A stretch of DNA of 64,000 bases from contig MU056277.1 of the NCBI GenBank assembly GCA_013239625.1, forward strand, positions 1,156,076 to 1,220,075, given 5' to 3'. The position numbers and the translations under genes are program-made. Source of the DNA: Lama guanicoe (Eukaryota). Shown here in pieces: positions 1 through 12,000 of the stretch. Under the pieces are notes generated by a model. It was not told where the DNA came from, did not search any database, and saw nothing but the letters and a program-made list of their open reading frames with translations. Position 1 is the stretch's first letter. The number at the start of each line of letters is the position of its first letter.

Positions 1-855
1 CGGGCTCTCCGGTGTTGCCATCAGCTGGCCTGTGGGCTGAGGAGTCAGGGTGAGGCTTTGAAAAGGAAATTGCCTTATGTATTTCTGAAATGCTCGTCTG
101 TCCTGTGTGTTTCTGAAGGACAAATTCTTTTATTAAACTTCTTTGTCTTCTCAGTTCTCTTCTAGATTTTTAGCTAAGGTTGTGATTGAGATTTCATACA
201 AAAGAATATTTAAGAATACTGTTAAAGTAACTAGAATGTGTTCATGTGTAAACTTAAAACTTCCTGATGCAGGTCTAAGAACTAATTGAAACAAGGCAAA
301 ATACACAGTCCTTTCCCGGGGGATGAGCAGCCCCACCCAGGTACCGCCTTCCACCTAGGTTCAGGCAGAGGGACAGTTAAGCTGTTTGCACAGCTCTGTG
401 TTGAGGGTGTGCTTGAGGCCACACAGCGGTCTGTCTTCTTAGCTAGCCACCTTCTGTCCTCCTGACTCTGCGGTGAGCTGGGAATGGCAGGTAGGTAATG
501 ACGTAGTGCTTATTGACTGACAACTGAATAAGCTTTTGAGGACAGTTTAATTCATGTCTTTGCCAGAACTTACCTTTTAAGAAAGTTGAGGTAAGTTAAG
601 TAATAAGTCATTTGGGAGATGGAATGAGTAACTGTTCTCCAAACATCGTATTGGTACTTACAAGCAGAGAAATTGAGATTGTAATTCTAACTTTTCCTGG
701 CAGAGTGTGCACCTTGCCCCCATCTTGCACTGCAGAGCCTGGCCTGCTGTCCTGTGGGGTGCGTGGTCAGTCTCCTCCCTATACAGGCTGCGTTTCCCTC
801 GTTGCCAGACCTTCCCTTCACCGCAGGTCTTTGGGTGTCTCAATGTCTAGACCAG

Positions 856-1155
856 ACATTTCTGTCCAACAGGAAAATGCTGTGAGCATGTTTGTTACTT
901 TAACTTTCTTAGTAACTACATTAAAAAAATAAGAAACATGAATTTAATAAGATGTTATCTTTAAGCCAGTATACCCATAATGTCGTTATTACAACATGTA
1001 GTTAAAAATATTTATGAAATTGTTTCTTTGGTTTTTCACATTAAGTCTTTAAAATCTGGTATGTATTTCTCAGACTCATAGTGTCTGTCTGAATTGGCCT
1101 TCATTTCAAGTGCTCAAGCGCTCACAGGCAGCTGGCCCTCACATTGGACAGTGCC
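856..1155 (+). mobile_element. MER33-like hAT-Charlie MITE
   Basis: Terminal inverted ctgtccaa (862) and ttggacag (~1144); internal 'tagtaactacattaaaaaa' and 'catttcaagtgctcaa' match recalled MER33 consensus. Confidence 0.8.
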
Positions 1156-1209
1156 ACTCCGGGTCATGGAGAGGATGGGGAATGCAGTGCTTTTGACACT
1201 GAAGGTGAC

Positions 1210-1405
1210 TAACATTGGTTCTGCACAGAGTATGTGCCTGGGCGCCTCACGTGGACTGTTTGGTTCAGTCCTCCCAGACGGCCTGCAGAGAGGGTGGCGC
1301 TCTCCCCATTTTGCAGGTGAGCAGACTGAGACATGAGGTGTTTAGGGGTCCTGAGTTGTGCACAGCCCAGCAAGTGAGGGTGTGAGGATTTGAACTCAGG
1401 TCCTG
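1210..1405 (-). mobile_element. MIR SINE
   Basis: Core 'cccattttgcaggtgagcagactgag...ggatttgaactcaggtc' is an antisense MIR core and B-box. Confidence 0.75.
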
Positions 1406-1519
1406 CAGCCCTGCAGACTGCGTTCTGTCAGGCAGGCTGTGCCTGGACTGACTAGGTGAACTAACGCTGTGAGGCAGCGCCGCTGGACCGACTCGTGGCA
1501 AGGAGGTCTCAGGAGAACT

Positions 1520-1670
1520 TGGCTGGTGGCAGGGCTGGCCTCGTGGGCGTGTGACATGGCCCCGCACTTGGTTTAATGCTGTGCTCTCCCCTTCAAAATC
1601 CTTAAGAACTTTTGAACAAGGAGCTCTGAGTTTTCAGTCTGTGCTGGACCGTGCAAATTGGTAGTTGGTC
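1520..1670 (-). mobile_element. MER91A-like hAT-Tip100 element
   Basis: 'ggccccgcacttggtttaatgctgtgct...tttgaacaagg...gcaaatt' matches recalled MER91A reverse complement. Confidence 0.65.
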
Positions 1671-1719
1671 TCAGCTAGTGGCATTGTTCTTAGAGGTGTA
1701 CGAGAGGTGACGAGAATAA

Positions 1720-1905
1720 GCAGCACTTTCTGGGTGATTATCATGTCCTGGGCCCTGGTCCTAAGACGTGGACTAACTCGCTCAACCTCCAGGCGACTCT
1801 GTTGTGTTAGGTTGTATCCTGATTCCAGTGTTGTGATTGGAAGACTAAGGTGCTGGGGAGCAGGGCGCTTGCCCCAGGCCCAGGGCTGGTGAAGGTGGAG
1901 TAGCC
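1720..1905 (-). mobile_element. Degenerate MIR
   Basis: Antisense MIR layout (tatcatgtcctgggccctggtcctaag ... ggaagactaaggt ... cttgccccagg). Confidence 0.5.
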
Positions 1906-3039
1906 CGCCACCCTGCCTCGTCAGGATTCCGGAACAGTGTCGGTCCTTAGGAGACTTCCCGAAGGGATGCAGGAATAGAGGTAGGTGGGATTAAGTGTGA
2001 AAAGGGAGGAGTGTAGGTGGCTCAGATACTTAAGCTCCTCTCTTGTGTCATGTTCGTGAGGCTGAAGTCCCAGACGTGGTCCCAGGTGGACTGGGCCGGC
2101 CTGGTGGACTGTGGCCCAGCTGGGAGGAGGCGGAGGAGTAAGGTGCGGCGCAACGTCCCAGCCCACGTCCATCCCACCGCCAGGGAGCGCCTCTGCTGCG
2201 AAGTCAAGACAGCATCATCTCTCGTGCACCAAACGTCAGCCCGGCTTCCAGGGAGCCGCCGCCCCACCTGCCCACCAGCACGACAGCAAGTACTGCGGCC
2301 TCAGGGTTTGCTTCTCCAAAGAGTCGTTTCAAGAAAGGCACCCTCCAGCGCGGGCTGGTGGGTGCGGAGCAGAACTGCTGGGGTTTGGGGGAGGACCCTT
2401 GGAGGAGCTGGAAGCAGTCTCTGCACTGTCTGGCTCTCCCACGCCTCCGTGAAGGCGACTTAGCCAAGGCTGGGTGCTGGGCTGGGTACACGTCCGGTTC
2501 CTGCAGAGCTGGGACCGCAGTGCTTGGGGAGCTTCTGCCTTCTCACCCAGCTGCCGGTTAGAGGCAGGACTCAGCCTGGACGAGAAACCTCCAGGGCACT
2601 GTGAGCACTCGGGGCCTGCTTGTCCTCATGCTGGCACGCAGGAGCGCTCAGTTTAAGTACGTGTTGAGCACATGAGACTGTGATGGATGGGATGGTCCTG
2701 AAGTTTAGTTCACGTGACGCATTTGAATGATTGTGGCTCCTTCCTTGGAAGCTCACATTGCAGTGGTTTGATGTGTCATTTGGACGTGCTTTCTGGGGAT
2801 GGACTGTCCTTCTGCAGGGAGGATGGTCCCAGCCATGGCCAGCACGGAGGAGGGGACAGCGTGTGGGACAGATACATTCAGGGCATCCCGTTGGGCTTCG
2901 AAGGTCGCCTCCTTTACTCTTGGGGTCTCCACTCTGGGACAGACCTCAGTTTGGATGTCCATGAACAGGGTTTGTGTGAGGGTGTGTTCCCAGAGAATGT
3001 CTGGAAAGGTCCAGGGGAGACAAGGACCCGTAGCCCTAT

Positions 3040-3160
3040 AGGGACTCAGTTTCTTCATCTGTAAAAATGCAGATTTTGAAGAGGATAATCCCCAGGTCAT
3101 GCCGCTCTGTGGTCATGTGAGAGGCGGCCAGCAGGGCGCTGCAGCGTCTGTCAGTTTATC
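3040..3160 (+). mobile_element. MIR core fragment
   Basis: 'ctcagtttcttcatctgtaaaaatg' MIR core. Confidence 0.6.
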
Positions 3161-4683
3161 ACTGCTGGTGACGGTCAGGCTGTTGTTTGGCAGGACATTT
3201 ACTTTTAGAATTCTAGCTGTTGCGCCTTTCCACAGCTGTTAGGTTTGTCTGGGTGCTTCCCTCTCCCCGGAGCTTCTTCACAAAAGGAGGTCAGAGAGTC
3301 CCCACAGACGTGGCCGGGAGGCGGCGCGTCGGCCCGTTTCCTGCTCTGTGTCACTTAGCGAATCCACGGAGCCCGAAGGCCAGTTCGGAGACGCGGAGTG
3401 ACGTTCCAGTCGTTCTGGACCATTTGGAAGAAGCCTGGAACACCTGTTGTGTATCCTGGGGAGTGAGGTTGGCTCCGGCGTGGCCCTGTGGTGTGTAAGC
3501 CCACTGCCACTTCATCGCGCCGGGAGGGGAGACGGCCCTAGAAGCGCTTTCTCCAGCTGAACAGGCAGCCTTTCGTTCTCATCCAGTGACTGCAGGAGGG
3601 CAGCTCAAGGGATGGGTCACCCTGCTCCTTGCTCCGATCCTCGCGGGGCCGCCTTGCCTGTGGCCAAGCCCACGGGAGGTGGCCTGGGGCCTGGCTGTTC
3701 ACCTTTCCCAGGGACGCTCTTGGGCATCTTTATCGCCGAGAATTTCAGAATCAGAGAGGACCCTGAGCCCGGCTCGACCCTGCACTTAGCGAGTTTCTCT
3801 AGCTCTGGTGTGAGAGGAGAAACTGAGCATGTCCTGCGGAGAGTGGAATGGAAATCATCACTTTCTTTCCCCGGCCTCTGATGGGGTGACATGTCAGCAG
3901 CGTGTCCAGAGCTTTCTCCGACTCCTGCCCTGGGTACAGGGGATCTCCTCAGGCCACACGGTGGTGGGAGGCTGTGGGAGAGTCTGGGGAAGGCAGGCAT
4001 CTGTGCGTCGGAGAAAGCCCAGTGCTGCTCTGTTTCCTGCCCCTTGTCCCTCTACAGAGTCTTTCTCCTGTGCAAATGGCCACAGCTCCTTGGTGTCCTG
4101 GAACCAGCTCAGGTAGAGCAGCTGCCATTGTGGGGCTGCGTTCTGCACGTGCCAGGCTCCCCGCATTCATGCCCACTGCTCTGGGGTGGCTCTGCCGGCC
4201 ACACAGCCCCTCGTCAGCCTCGGACACGTCACCGGTCCTGAGTCGGGGGAAGAAGTGGGTTTCTACGTATGAAACATGTGCTGTCTTGAGTCCATTAGGT
4301 CACATGCGCGTTTTTCATTTTGCATCCAAACAGGCGTCTCCAGTGTTGGCCCGCTGGTGGGAAGAGCCCTGCAGCGGGGGTCTGGGTTTCTTTTCTCCAG
4401 GAAGGCCTTGTGAAAAATGGGACAGTGTCGGTGGTGACTGCTGCGTGGGGACAGTGTGACTCTGGGACTCAGGTGCACATGCAGTCTTGAGAGTCCTCAG
4501 GTGGTGTGACTGCCTGCTTCTCTGGCCATAGGAAGTTCTGGTCACTTGGGGTTGCACCTTTTGACCTCATTCTTCTATTTCCCGTTTCTCACCTTTTTTA
4601 AGTCTAGTTAAACAGATTTCTTTGAGTGTCTTGTAGTTTTCACTTTTCTATTTTCATTTAAAAACAAATTAAGAAAATCCCCA

Positions 4684-4810
4684 TTGGTCTTAGGGGAAAG
4701 GAACCCCCTTTCTCCCTGACACTTCCCTGTTGGTCTTGGAGGAAGGGGATCCCCTTTTCCTGACAGACACTTTCCTGTTGGCCTTGCAGGAAGGCAGAGC
4801 CCCCTTTGCT
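4684..4810 (+). repeat. Diverged ~46-48 bp tandem repeat, about 2.6 copies
   Basis: Units start ttggtctt/ttggtctt/ttggcctt at ~4684, 4730, 4778, each followed by ggaa(a/g)g...ccccttt; the first two continue gacactt(c/t)cctg. Confidence 0.7.
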
Positions 4811-6535
4811 TCTTGCCTTAAAGCAGTTTGTGTCCCTGGGGAGTTCTCTTAAGTCCTGGGAACCAGCAAGAGGATAGGTTCCCAGTGAGCAGTTACAAAG
4901 CAAAACAAGTCCCAGGCCTTTCAGACCGTATTTAGATGTGAGGTCTGCATTTAGTGAGTTTAAGCAAATAACTTTCTAGCCAGAGTACGCATTTCTGACC
5001 TAATTTCTGTTGTTCTCTGTTGGGTGTTGTCTCTGGTGGTTTCTGGAAGCTGCCTGGCCCTTGGCGTGGGGAGCGGTGCGGTCTGACTTCCCACGGCCGC
5101 TGGCCTCCCGCTTCACTCTGAGGCCGGTGAAGTGGGTGCGCGTGCTCTGCAGGAGGGCTTACGGTAGATGGGGTGGTACCCGGGAGGGTTGCAGTGTGGA
5201 GCTTTACGCATAGTGACCCCAGCACCCCTTGGAGAGTATCTGATTTGTTTGGTGTCTAAAGCTGACCCAGTGGGTCCTTTCCATGAGGGTTTGGTGCAGG
5301 CAAGAGCGATCTGGCTGGGAGAGGGAGCTGCGTGAGTTCCCCAGGCTTGCAGAAGAGCCTAGAAGGCTGCCTAGCTTGGGGAAAGCAGAGGGAAGTCCCC
5401 TCGTCTCCAGCCTGCGCGTTGCCAAAGCAGGCCAGCCTAGCTGTGCGGGAGCCTGGGGAGCTTGGCGTGGCAGCGACTGACGCGACAGGGGCCTGTTGGG
5501 GGTGCTCGTTTGAGTCCTTGTTCCCAGACAGCTTTGTGGGAAAGCTCTGGATGAAGGGCGAGATGCTTCCGAGTCTGCTGAAGAGGGAGGCAGGGGTGCT
5601 GAGGGGACCCGAGAGCACCTCGTAATCTGCCCCTCCCCCGCTTTGTTGTGAAAAATCGACACCTGGCAGGAAGGTGGGGAGGCCAGTGTAAACGCCCCGT
5701 GCCTCCCTGCCGCCCTTGCGTAGACCTTCAGCCCGCGTGCAGGCCTCGCGGCACTCAGCACGGCGGCCGTCTGGGGGGCGCCTCCTCCTGCGCGGCCGCG
5801 CCCCCGCAGGCGCCTCCTTCCTGAGATCCCGTCTAGGTGCGTCCGGTGGTCTCCAGGTCAGCTGCGTGGCTTTTCCTTCTTTAAATGTGGGCCCCAAACC
5901 AGGGTCGCGCATGGCATTCAGTTTGTTGTGTCTCGTTCGTCTCCTGAGTTTCCACCACTGTTACCCTTTATGACTTCAGGGTTTTGAAGAATTGAGGCTT
6001 GTTGTCATGTCGGCCCCGCAGTCTGGGCAGGATCTGGTTCACGTCAGGCGTTTTAGGCACGAGCGCTGCACACGTGATGTTCCGTGTCCCCGTGGGTCAG
6101 ACCAGAAGGCACTTGATGCAGACGTATGCCATGCTGCCGGTGCAGAGTTCCCTCACGTGGCTAGGGTGGCGCCCACCAGCTCTCTCCGCTGTAGAGGGGC
6201 CCTTTCTCCTAGGACTTCGCACATGCTCTGTGGGCTGGGGCCCAGAGCCTTTTTGCCTGATGCTCCTAGCAACCCCTGACAGTCCTTCCTGAGTAGTTAC
6301 TGTCACGGTGGGAGCCAGGTGGTACTGGGGCCTTCGGCATGAGGCTGCCGTTGGGGCCTCAGGAAGGGACATTTGAGGGTAGTGTTGGGCATCTAAGCCT
6401 GCAAGTTGTGTGCATTTGGCATGTGGACAAGGAGAAGACGTTCCTTCTGCTTTCCAGAGTCCGAAGACTGTATCGCATCACTTGTGAGCTTCGTCATTCT
6501 CTCCTGAGCTCTGCACTGCCTTTATGCTAGCTTCC

Positions 6536-8850
6536 CAGGCTTTTTACAGATACCGTGCATTTTACAGACTGAAGGTTTGTGGCGACTGTCAGTGGAGCAA
6601 GTCTGTCAGCGCTATTTTTCTAACAGCATTTGCTCACTTCATGTCTCTTGTCACATTTTTTATAATTCTCGCAATATTTCATACTTTTCCATTATTATTA
6701 TATTTGTGATGGTGATCTGCGATCTTTGTTACCCTTGTAATTGTCTTGGGGCATCCCAAATCATGCCCATATAAGATGGGGAAACTTACAAATGTGTGTT
6801 CTCACTGCTCGCCCTACCAGCCGGTCCCCCATCGCTCCCTCTCCTTGGGCCTGCCTCTTCCCTGAGACACAGTGTTGAAATTAGGCCAATTAATAACCCC
6901 ACAATGGCTTCTGAGTGCCCAAGTGAAAGGAAGTCACACATCTCTCACCTTCAGTTGAAAACTGGAAATGATTCTGCTTAGTGAAGAAGGCTTGTCGAAA
7001 GCTGAGATGGGCAGAAAGTGAGGCCTCTTGTGCCAAACAGCCAAGTTGTGATGGCCAAGGAGGTCTTGAAGGAAATGAAAGGTGGTCCTGTAGCGAACAC
7101 ATGAATGATGAGAAAGCAAAGAGCAAAACAGCCTTATTGCTGATGTGGAGAAAGCTCAAGCAGGCTCGACACTCCCTACGCCAGAGCCTCGTCCAGACCC
7201 AGGCCCTGGCGCACTGATTTCTGCGGGGGCTGAGAGGGGGAGGAAGCTGCAGAAGAACTGTTGGAAGCCCGCAGAGGTGGCTGGTTCATGAGGTTGGCGG
7301 AAGGAAGCCGCCTCCGTGACATCAAAGTGTGAGGTGGAGCCGCGAGTTCTCCAGGAGATCTAGCTCAGATCATTCACGAAGGTGGTTACACTACACAGCA
7401 GATTTTCAGCGCAGGGGAAACAGCCTTGTATTAGAAGACAGCATCTAGGGCTTTCCTCGCGAGAGGGGAGAAGCCAGTGCCTGGCTTCAGGGCTTCACAG
7501 GACAGGCTGACCCTCCGCCAGAGGCTCACGCAGCTGCTGACTTCGGGTTGAAGCCAGTGCTCGTTCACCATCTGAACAGCCTGGGAAGTATGCTGACTCC
7601 TCTGCCTGTGCTCTGTAAACGGAACAGACATGCCTGATGGCAGCACATCTGTGTACAACAGGGCTTACCGAGTGTTTTAAACCCACTCTTGAGACCTGTT
7701 GCTCAGAAAGATTTCTTTCAAACTGTTACTGCTCATTGACAGTGCCGCTGGTCCCCCAGGAGCCCTGGTGGAGACAGACTGTGAGATCAACATTGTTTCC
7801 GTGCCTGCATCCTTCCTGCAGCCCAGGGATCAAGGAGGAATTTCGACTTTCAAATCTNNNNNNNNNNNNNNNNNNNNNNNNNNNNNNNNNNNNNNNNNNN
7901 NNNNNNNNNNNNNNNNNNNNNNNNNNNNNNNNNNNNNNNNNNNNNNNNNNNNNNNNNNNNNNNNNNNNNNNNNNNNNNNNNNNNNNNNNNNNNNNNNNNN
8001 NNNNNNNNNNNNNNNNNNNNNNNNNNNNGTTTGAAAGCAGTGGATTCCAGCCCTCGTGGATAACTTTGAGGTTCAGGACTTCGTAGAGGAAGTAACTGCA
8101 GTTGTGGTGGAAGCAGCAGGAGAACGAGAATTCGACCTGGGACCTGATGGGGTGGCTGGGCTGCTGCCATCTCAGGATAGAACTTGGATGGCTGAGGAGT
8201 TGCTTCTTATGGATGAGCCAAGAAGGTGGTTTCTTGAGATGGAATCCGCTCTGGGTGAAGATGCTGTGAAGACTGTTGAGGTGACGGCAGAGGACTTAGA
8301 CTTAGAGGCACACTAGCGCAGTTGATGGAGCAGTGGCAGGCTTTGAGAGGATCGACTCCAACTGAGAGACAACTTCTGCTGTGGGTAAGATGCTGTCAGC
8401 TAGTCCTGCTTGCTACAGAGGAATCACGAGAGGACGAGTCAATTGGTGTGGCAAACGTCATTGTTGTCTCTCTCATGGTAAGAAGTTGCCCAAGCCGTCA
8501 GCAACCACCACTGGAAAAGTCAGCAGCCATCAACATCGAGGCAAGACCCTCCGCCAGCCAAACAGTTATGACTTGCTGAAGGCTCAGATGATGGTTAGCC
8601 TTTTTTAGCAATGGAGTATTTTAAAATCAAGGTATGTCCATTGCTTTTTATGTGACGTCCGCCAGATTTTTATTTTAAAATTAAGATATATACATAATGC
8701 TATTGCAGGCTTAATAGACTGCGGTGTAGCATAAACATAACTTTCATATGCACTCAGGGACCAGAACATTCATGTGACTGGCTTTATTGTGACATTGGCT
8801 TTATTGCGGTAATTTGGAACCAAACCTGCAATATCTCTCAGGTGTGCCTC
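6536..8850 (+). mobile_element. Near full-length Tigger1 (TcMar/pogo) DNA transposon, transposase disrupted
   Basis: 5' 'gaaggtttgtggc...gagcaagtct'; transposase start ATG 6904 (MASECPSERKS, like MASKCSSERKS); C-terminal remnants EEVTAVVVE..EELLLMDE..WFLEMES and GKMLS..ACYR; 3' end 'caatatctctcaggtgtgcctc|TA'; several frameshifts/stops. Confidence 0.93.
7858..8028. other. Assembly gap (171 N) inside Tigger1
   Basis: N run. Confidence 1.
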
Positions 8851-8964
8851 TAATAGCCTTTAAAACTGCGAATCAGCAGCTTGGTGGTGCCTGCGGGCTG
8901 ACTGGCTCCTGAGTACCAGGCCAGCCACAGGGTGACGTTGTAAGGTGGGTGCAGTTAGCCCCGG

Positions 8965-9070
8965 TCCCTGGAGTGGAAGTGAGATGCAGAGCTGAAGTGA
9001 TGTGCCTGATCGCTGATGTTCACCAAGTGCAGGGCCGATATTTGAATCCAGGTTTGTAAAGATTCCAGAA
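8965..9070 (-). mobile_element. MIR fragment
   Basis: 'gagctgaagtgatgtgcc...atttgaatccaggt' antisense MIR 5' part. Confidence 0.45.
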
Positions 9071-12000
9071 TTTCTAAGTTTAAAACTAAAGATCAGCTGA
9101 AAGAAGGGGATGGCAGAGTCTGGTTGGTGGAAGCTCTCCGAGAGGGAGAGGCTGGAGGCAAGCTTGTGGGCCTGGGCGTTTGACCTTTTTAGGGAGCTCT
9201 GAACGTAGTGTCTATGATTCATGTATTTTGATTTCTTAATAAGTATGTTAATATAGATTATCTGCACTGTGCAGCTGAAGAGGGAATTAATTGCAGAATG
9301 TTAATTTCCTACACATCCCCCCTCATTTTGGGTGTAATGCATAACTCAGTTAAAGCCGTTCAATATAATGATGGATTTATAACTGAATTAAATCAGAACC
9401 AGTGGATCAATAGCAACTTTATTTAAAGCTTGAATAAATTCTGTTCTTGTTGCATTTGCTCATTGTTTACCTCTTACTTGACGGCGACTTTACTAAAAAT
9501 TCAGATTGCACAACAGCTATACGGATTTTGTGTGTGTACTGGTTATGATGTAAAATGCATTTTTGTTGTGGATCATGGTCAGAGTTTGGAGAATGTCAGT
9601 CAGATAGAGGTGTTTGAAGGACCAGGACAAGGCACTTAAGAGGGCAGGATGTTTGTGTAGTAAGTATTTTGTGTTGTTCCAACTTTAAATTTGACATCTC
9701 TTTACCAGCAGAAGACCTGGAAACTTACCCTCTTGTTTTCCAGCATCTTGCTGGGATCTTAGTTCAGAACCCGGCCCCTGGAAGAGGAGAAGTTAATTTC
9801 TTCCATGACTGCAAGTGCTCATAGGATGGCTGCTCCCCTGTTCAGATAGGATGACCTCGTGGGGTCCTTCAGCCAGAGTGCTTATTGGATAGAATGTGTT
9901 CTAAAAACTGAAGAGTAAGTTTCATTTCCATATGAATGGGGAACAAGGAAGTGGGTCTCCAGGTGATGTCAGTCAGTCTGTGCAAGATTCATGAGGGTGT
10001 TCCTGAACCTTGTCCTGAGGAAGCACACGGTAGCACATCTGTGCTGGAGGCACCACGCAGCACTGCCTGGCAGGTAAAACCAAACGAAACTGGGATATGA
10101 GTCAGTGGCTGTGAGTCCTGCAGCAGGGATGGTAACACGGGGTTGGGGTTTAAAGAAGGGCTCTGGCTGTCCAGGCTGGCCGAGCCCCTGGGTGGGCAGG
10201 GCCTGCCGCTGCTTCCTGGTTGGCCCCCGGCTTCGTAAGGTGATTTTGAAGAGTGGAACCAGTGAAATGTCCTGGATTTGATGACCTACCTTAAATGGGA
10301 GTTAGAGGAGGATTGTGAATCTGAGTGAAAATGTCTGGTCATAAGCGTAATTTTTCTTGGTTTTGGTTCTCCGTGAAATTGTCTGAACATCTCTGTGGGC
10401 GTTTTGATGGCATCTACCCTCAAGTTTCATGTCATGCGCCTTCTGCTCTTCTGTCTTTTCTGATCGCTCAGATTTCCTTTGAACTTTCTGTGCTGCCTGG
10501 GGGAAGTTGTATCTGTGAGGCACTGGTTAGTTTATAAAGTGCTTTCTCATTTTATCATTGTAATGGCTAATTCTTACAAAACCCTTTGGATTTGTACCCA
10601 TAAAGTTGTCCCCTCATCCAGTTCCTCCTCTCCTACTATGCTTCTTTCAGGTTCACGTGAAAGAAAAGGATTTGGCACATTTGACGGTCTCCCAGCTCCC
10701 TCACCATCCCTCTGTATCCCAGATTTTACTCATTGTGCTGTTTGGTGATTCATAACTTTTCAGTAGTTAGTTTTATACATAATGAACCGGAAGTGGGTAC
10801 TTCTTAGACTTTGCTCCTGTCTGGAAAATGAGGAACTCTTTGCGACTCTGTGGGGCCTCGGGGGCACTTTGTTTAGGCCTGCGAGCGTGGGCCGTGTTTC
10901 CTGTGCTGTTTGGAGGGGAGGTTGCTTACTGTCCAGAAGTTGCCTGTGTGCTGGGCTGCCGCCTCCCTGGTGCTCTGGCCGGAGAAGGCAGGCTTTCCCG
11001 GGCTGTTGAGGTCTGCGCCCCTTGGTGTGCCGGGATTGCAGGCTCCTCAGCACCCAGCCAGGGGAGCAGACAGGGAACCCAGAGAGCCTGCTGCTGTGCT
11101 ATTTCTCAGGTCTTGCAGCTCGTAGTCCGCAAGCCTGTCCTTTTCAGCACTGGCTCGTCTTTCGTCCCTCTTACATGTGGTCTCTCACGTGTAACATCCA
11201 GGGCTTTTAGCTGCGCTCAGCTGGAGGAACAGGAGAGTGTCTGCTGCATCTTGTTTGGAGCCGAAGTCACTTGTCCTCTTTACTATTCTGTCAACCGTGG
11301 CCTTGGTTCCTCTTCCTGTTTGTGACTGAAGGCCCAGTGGCTGATGTGAATGTGTAGCCGCGCTGGTGGTCCGGGACTGGCCCAGGATGGTGTCGCTGCA
11401 GGTTATGGCGGGATGGAGATGGGGCAGTGGTGGGGAGCTGAGGGCGGTTCCCCCCGGGCAGGGTGGAAGGATGGGTCTTTCCTGCATCCTGTTGCCTTGC
11501 CCCCTCCAGGTAGGGGGACAGGTGAGAGCCCTCAGGGCATTCCATTCTTGGGTAGAGTTGCCTCTCCAGTTCCTTCTCTCGGTGCCTGTGGGGTGTAGGG
11601 GACTGGCAGCACCTCATTCATGTTAGGAATCCCCGCAGGCAGGCAGCAGGCTCTCCTGGTGCGGTCTGGGGCGCTCAGCTACGGGAGGGAGTGGGGGACG
11701 GAGTGGCCGCTGCGCTGCGGCCCCGGGCGCTTTTCTCCTGCCCTGGTGCTGGAGGGCTACCCGCTCTTTCCCCGGGCTCTCACGAGTGCTGTGGAGAACC
11801 CCTCTCGGATGTTGAGATCCCGTCTACTTCCTGTTCTCAAGAATTCCCTAAGCCTCATCTGCACGGCTCCTGGCCTCTCCGCTCCCTCCTTGAGCACTGC
11901 AGTGGATTCCTTCTTTGTTGCTGTTTTTCAAAGCCTGCCTCTTCTGTCATTGCAGTGGAGCCTTGGGAAGGCTGGGAGGAAGTGTGTGTCTGCAGTTTGC

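Noticed and set aside
6904-8608. Tigger ORF pieces as a TIGD1-like gene
   Set aside because: Multiple frameshifts and stops; a fossil transposon.
9745-9785. 'gggatcttagttc..gaacccggccc' resembling a cetartiodactyl tRNA-SINE fragment
   Set aside because: Too short, with no flanking SINE body, tail or target-site duplication.
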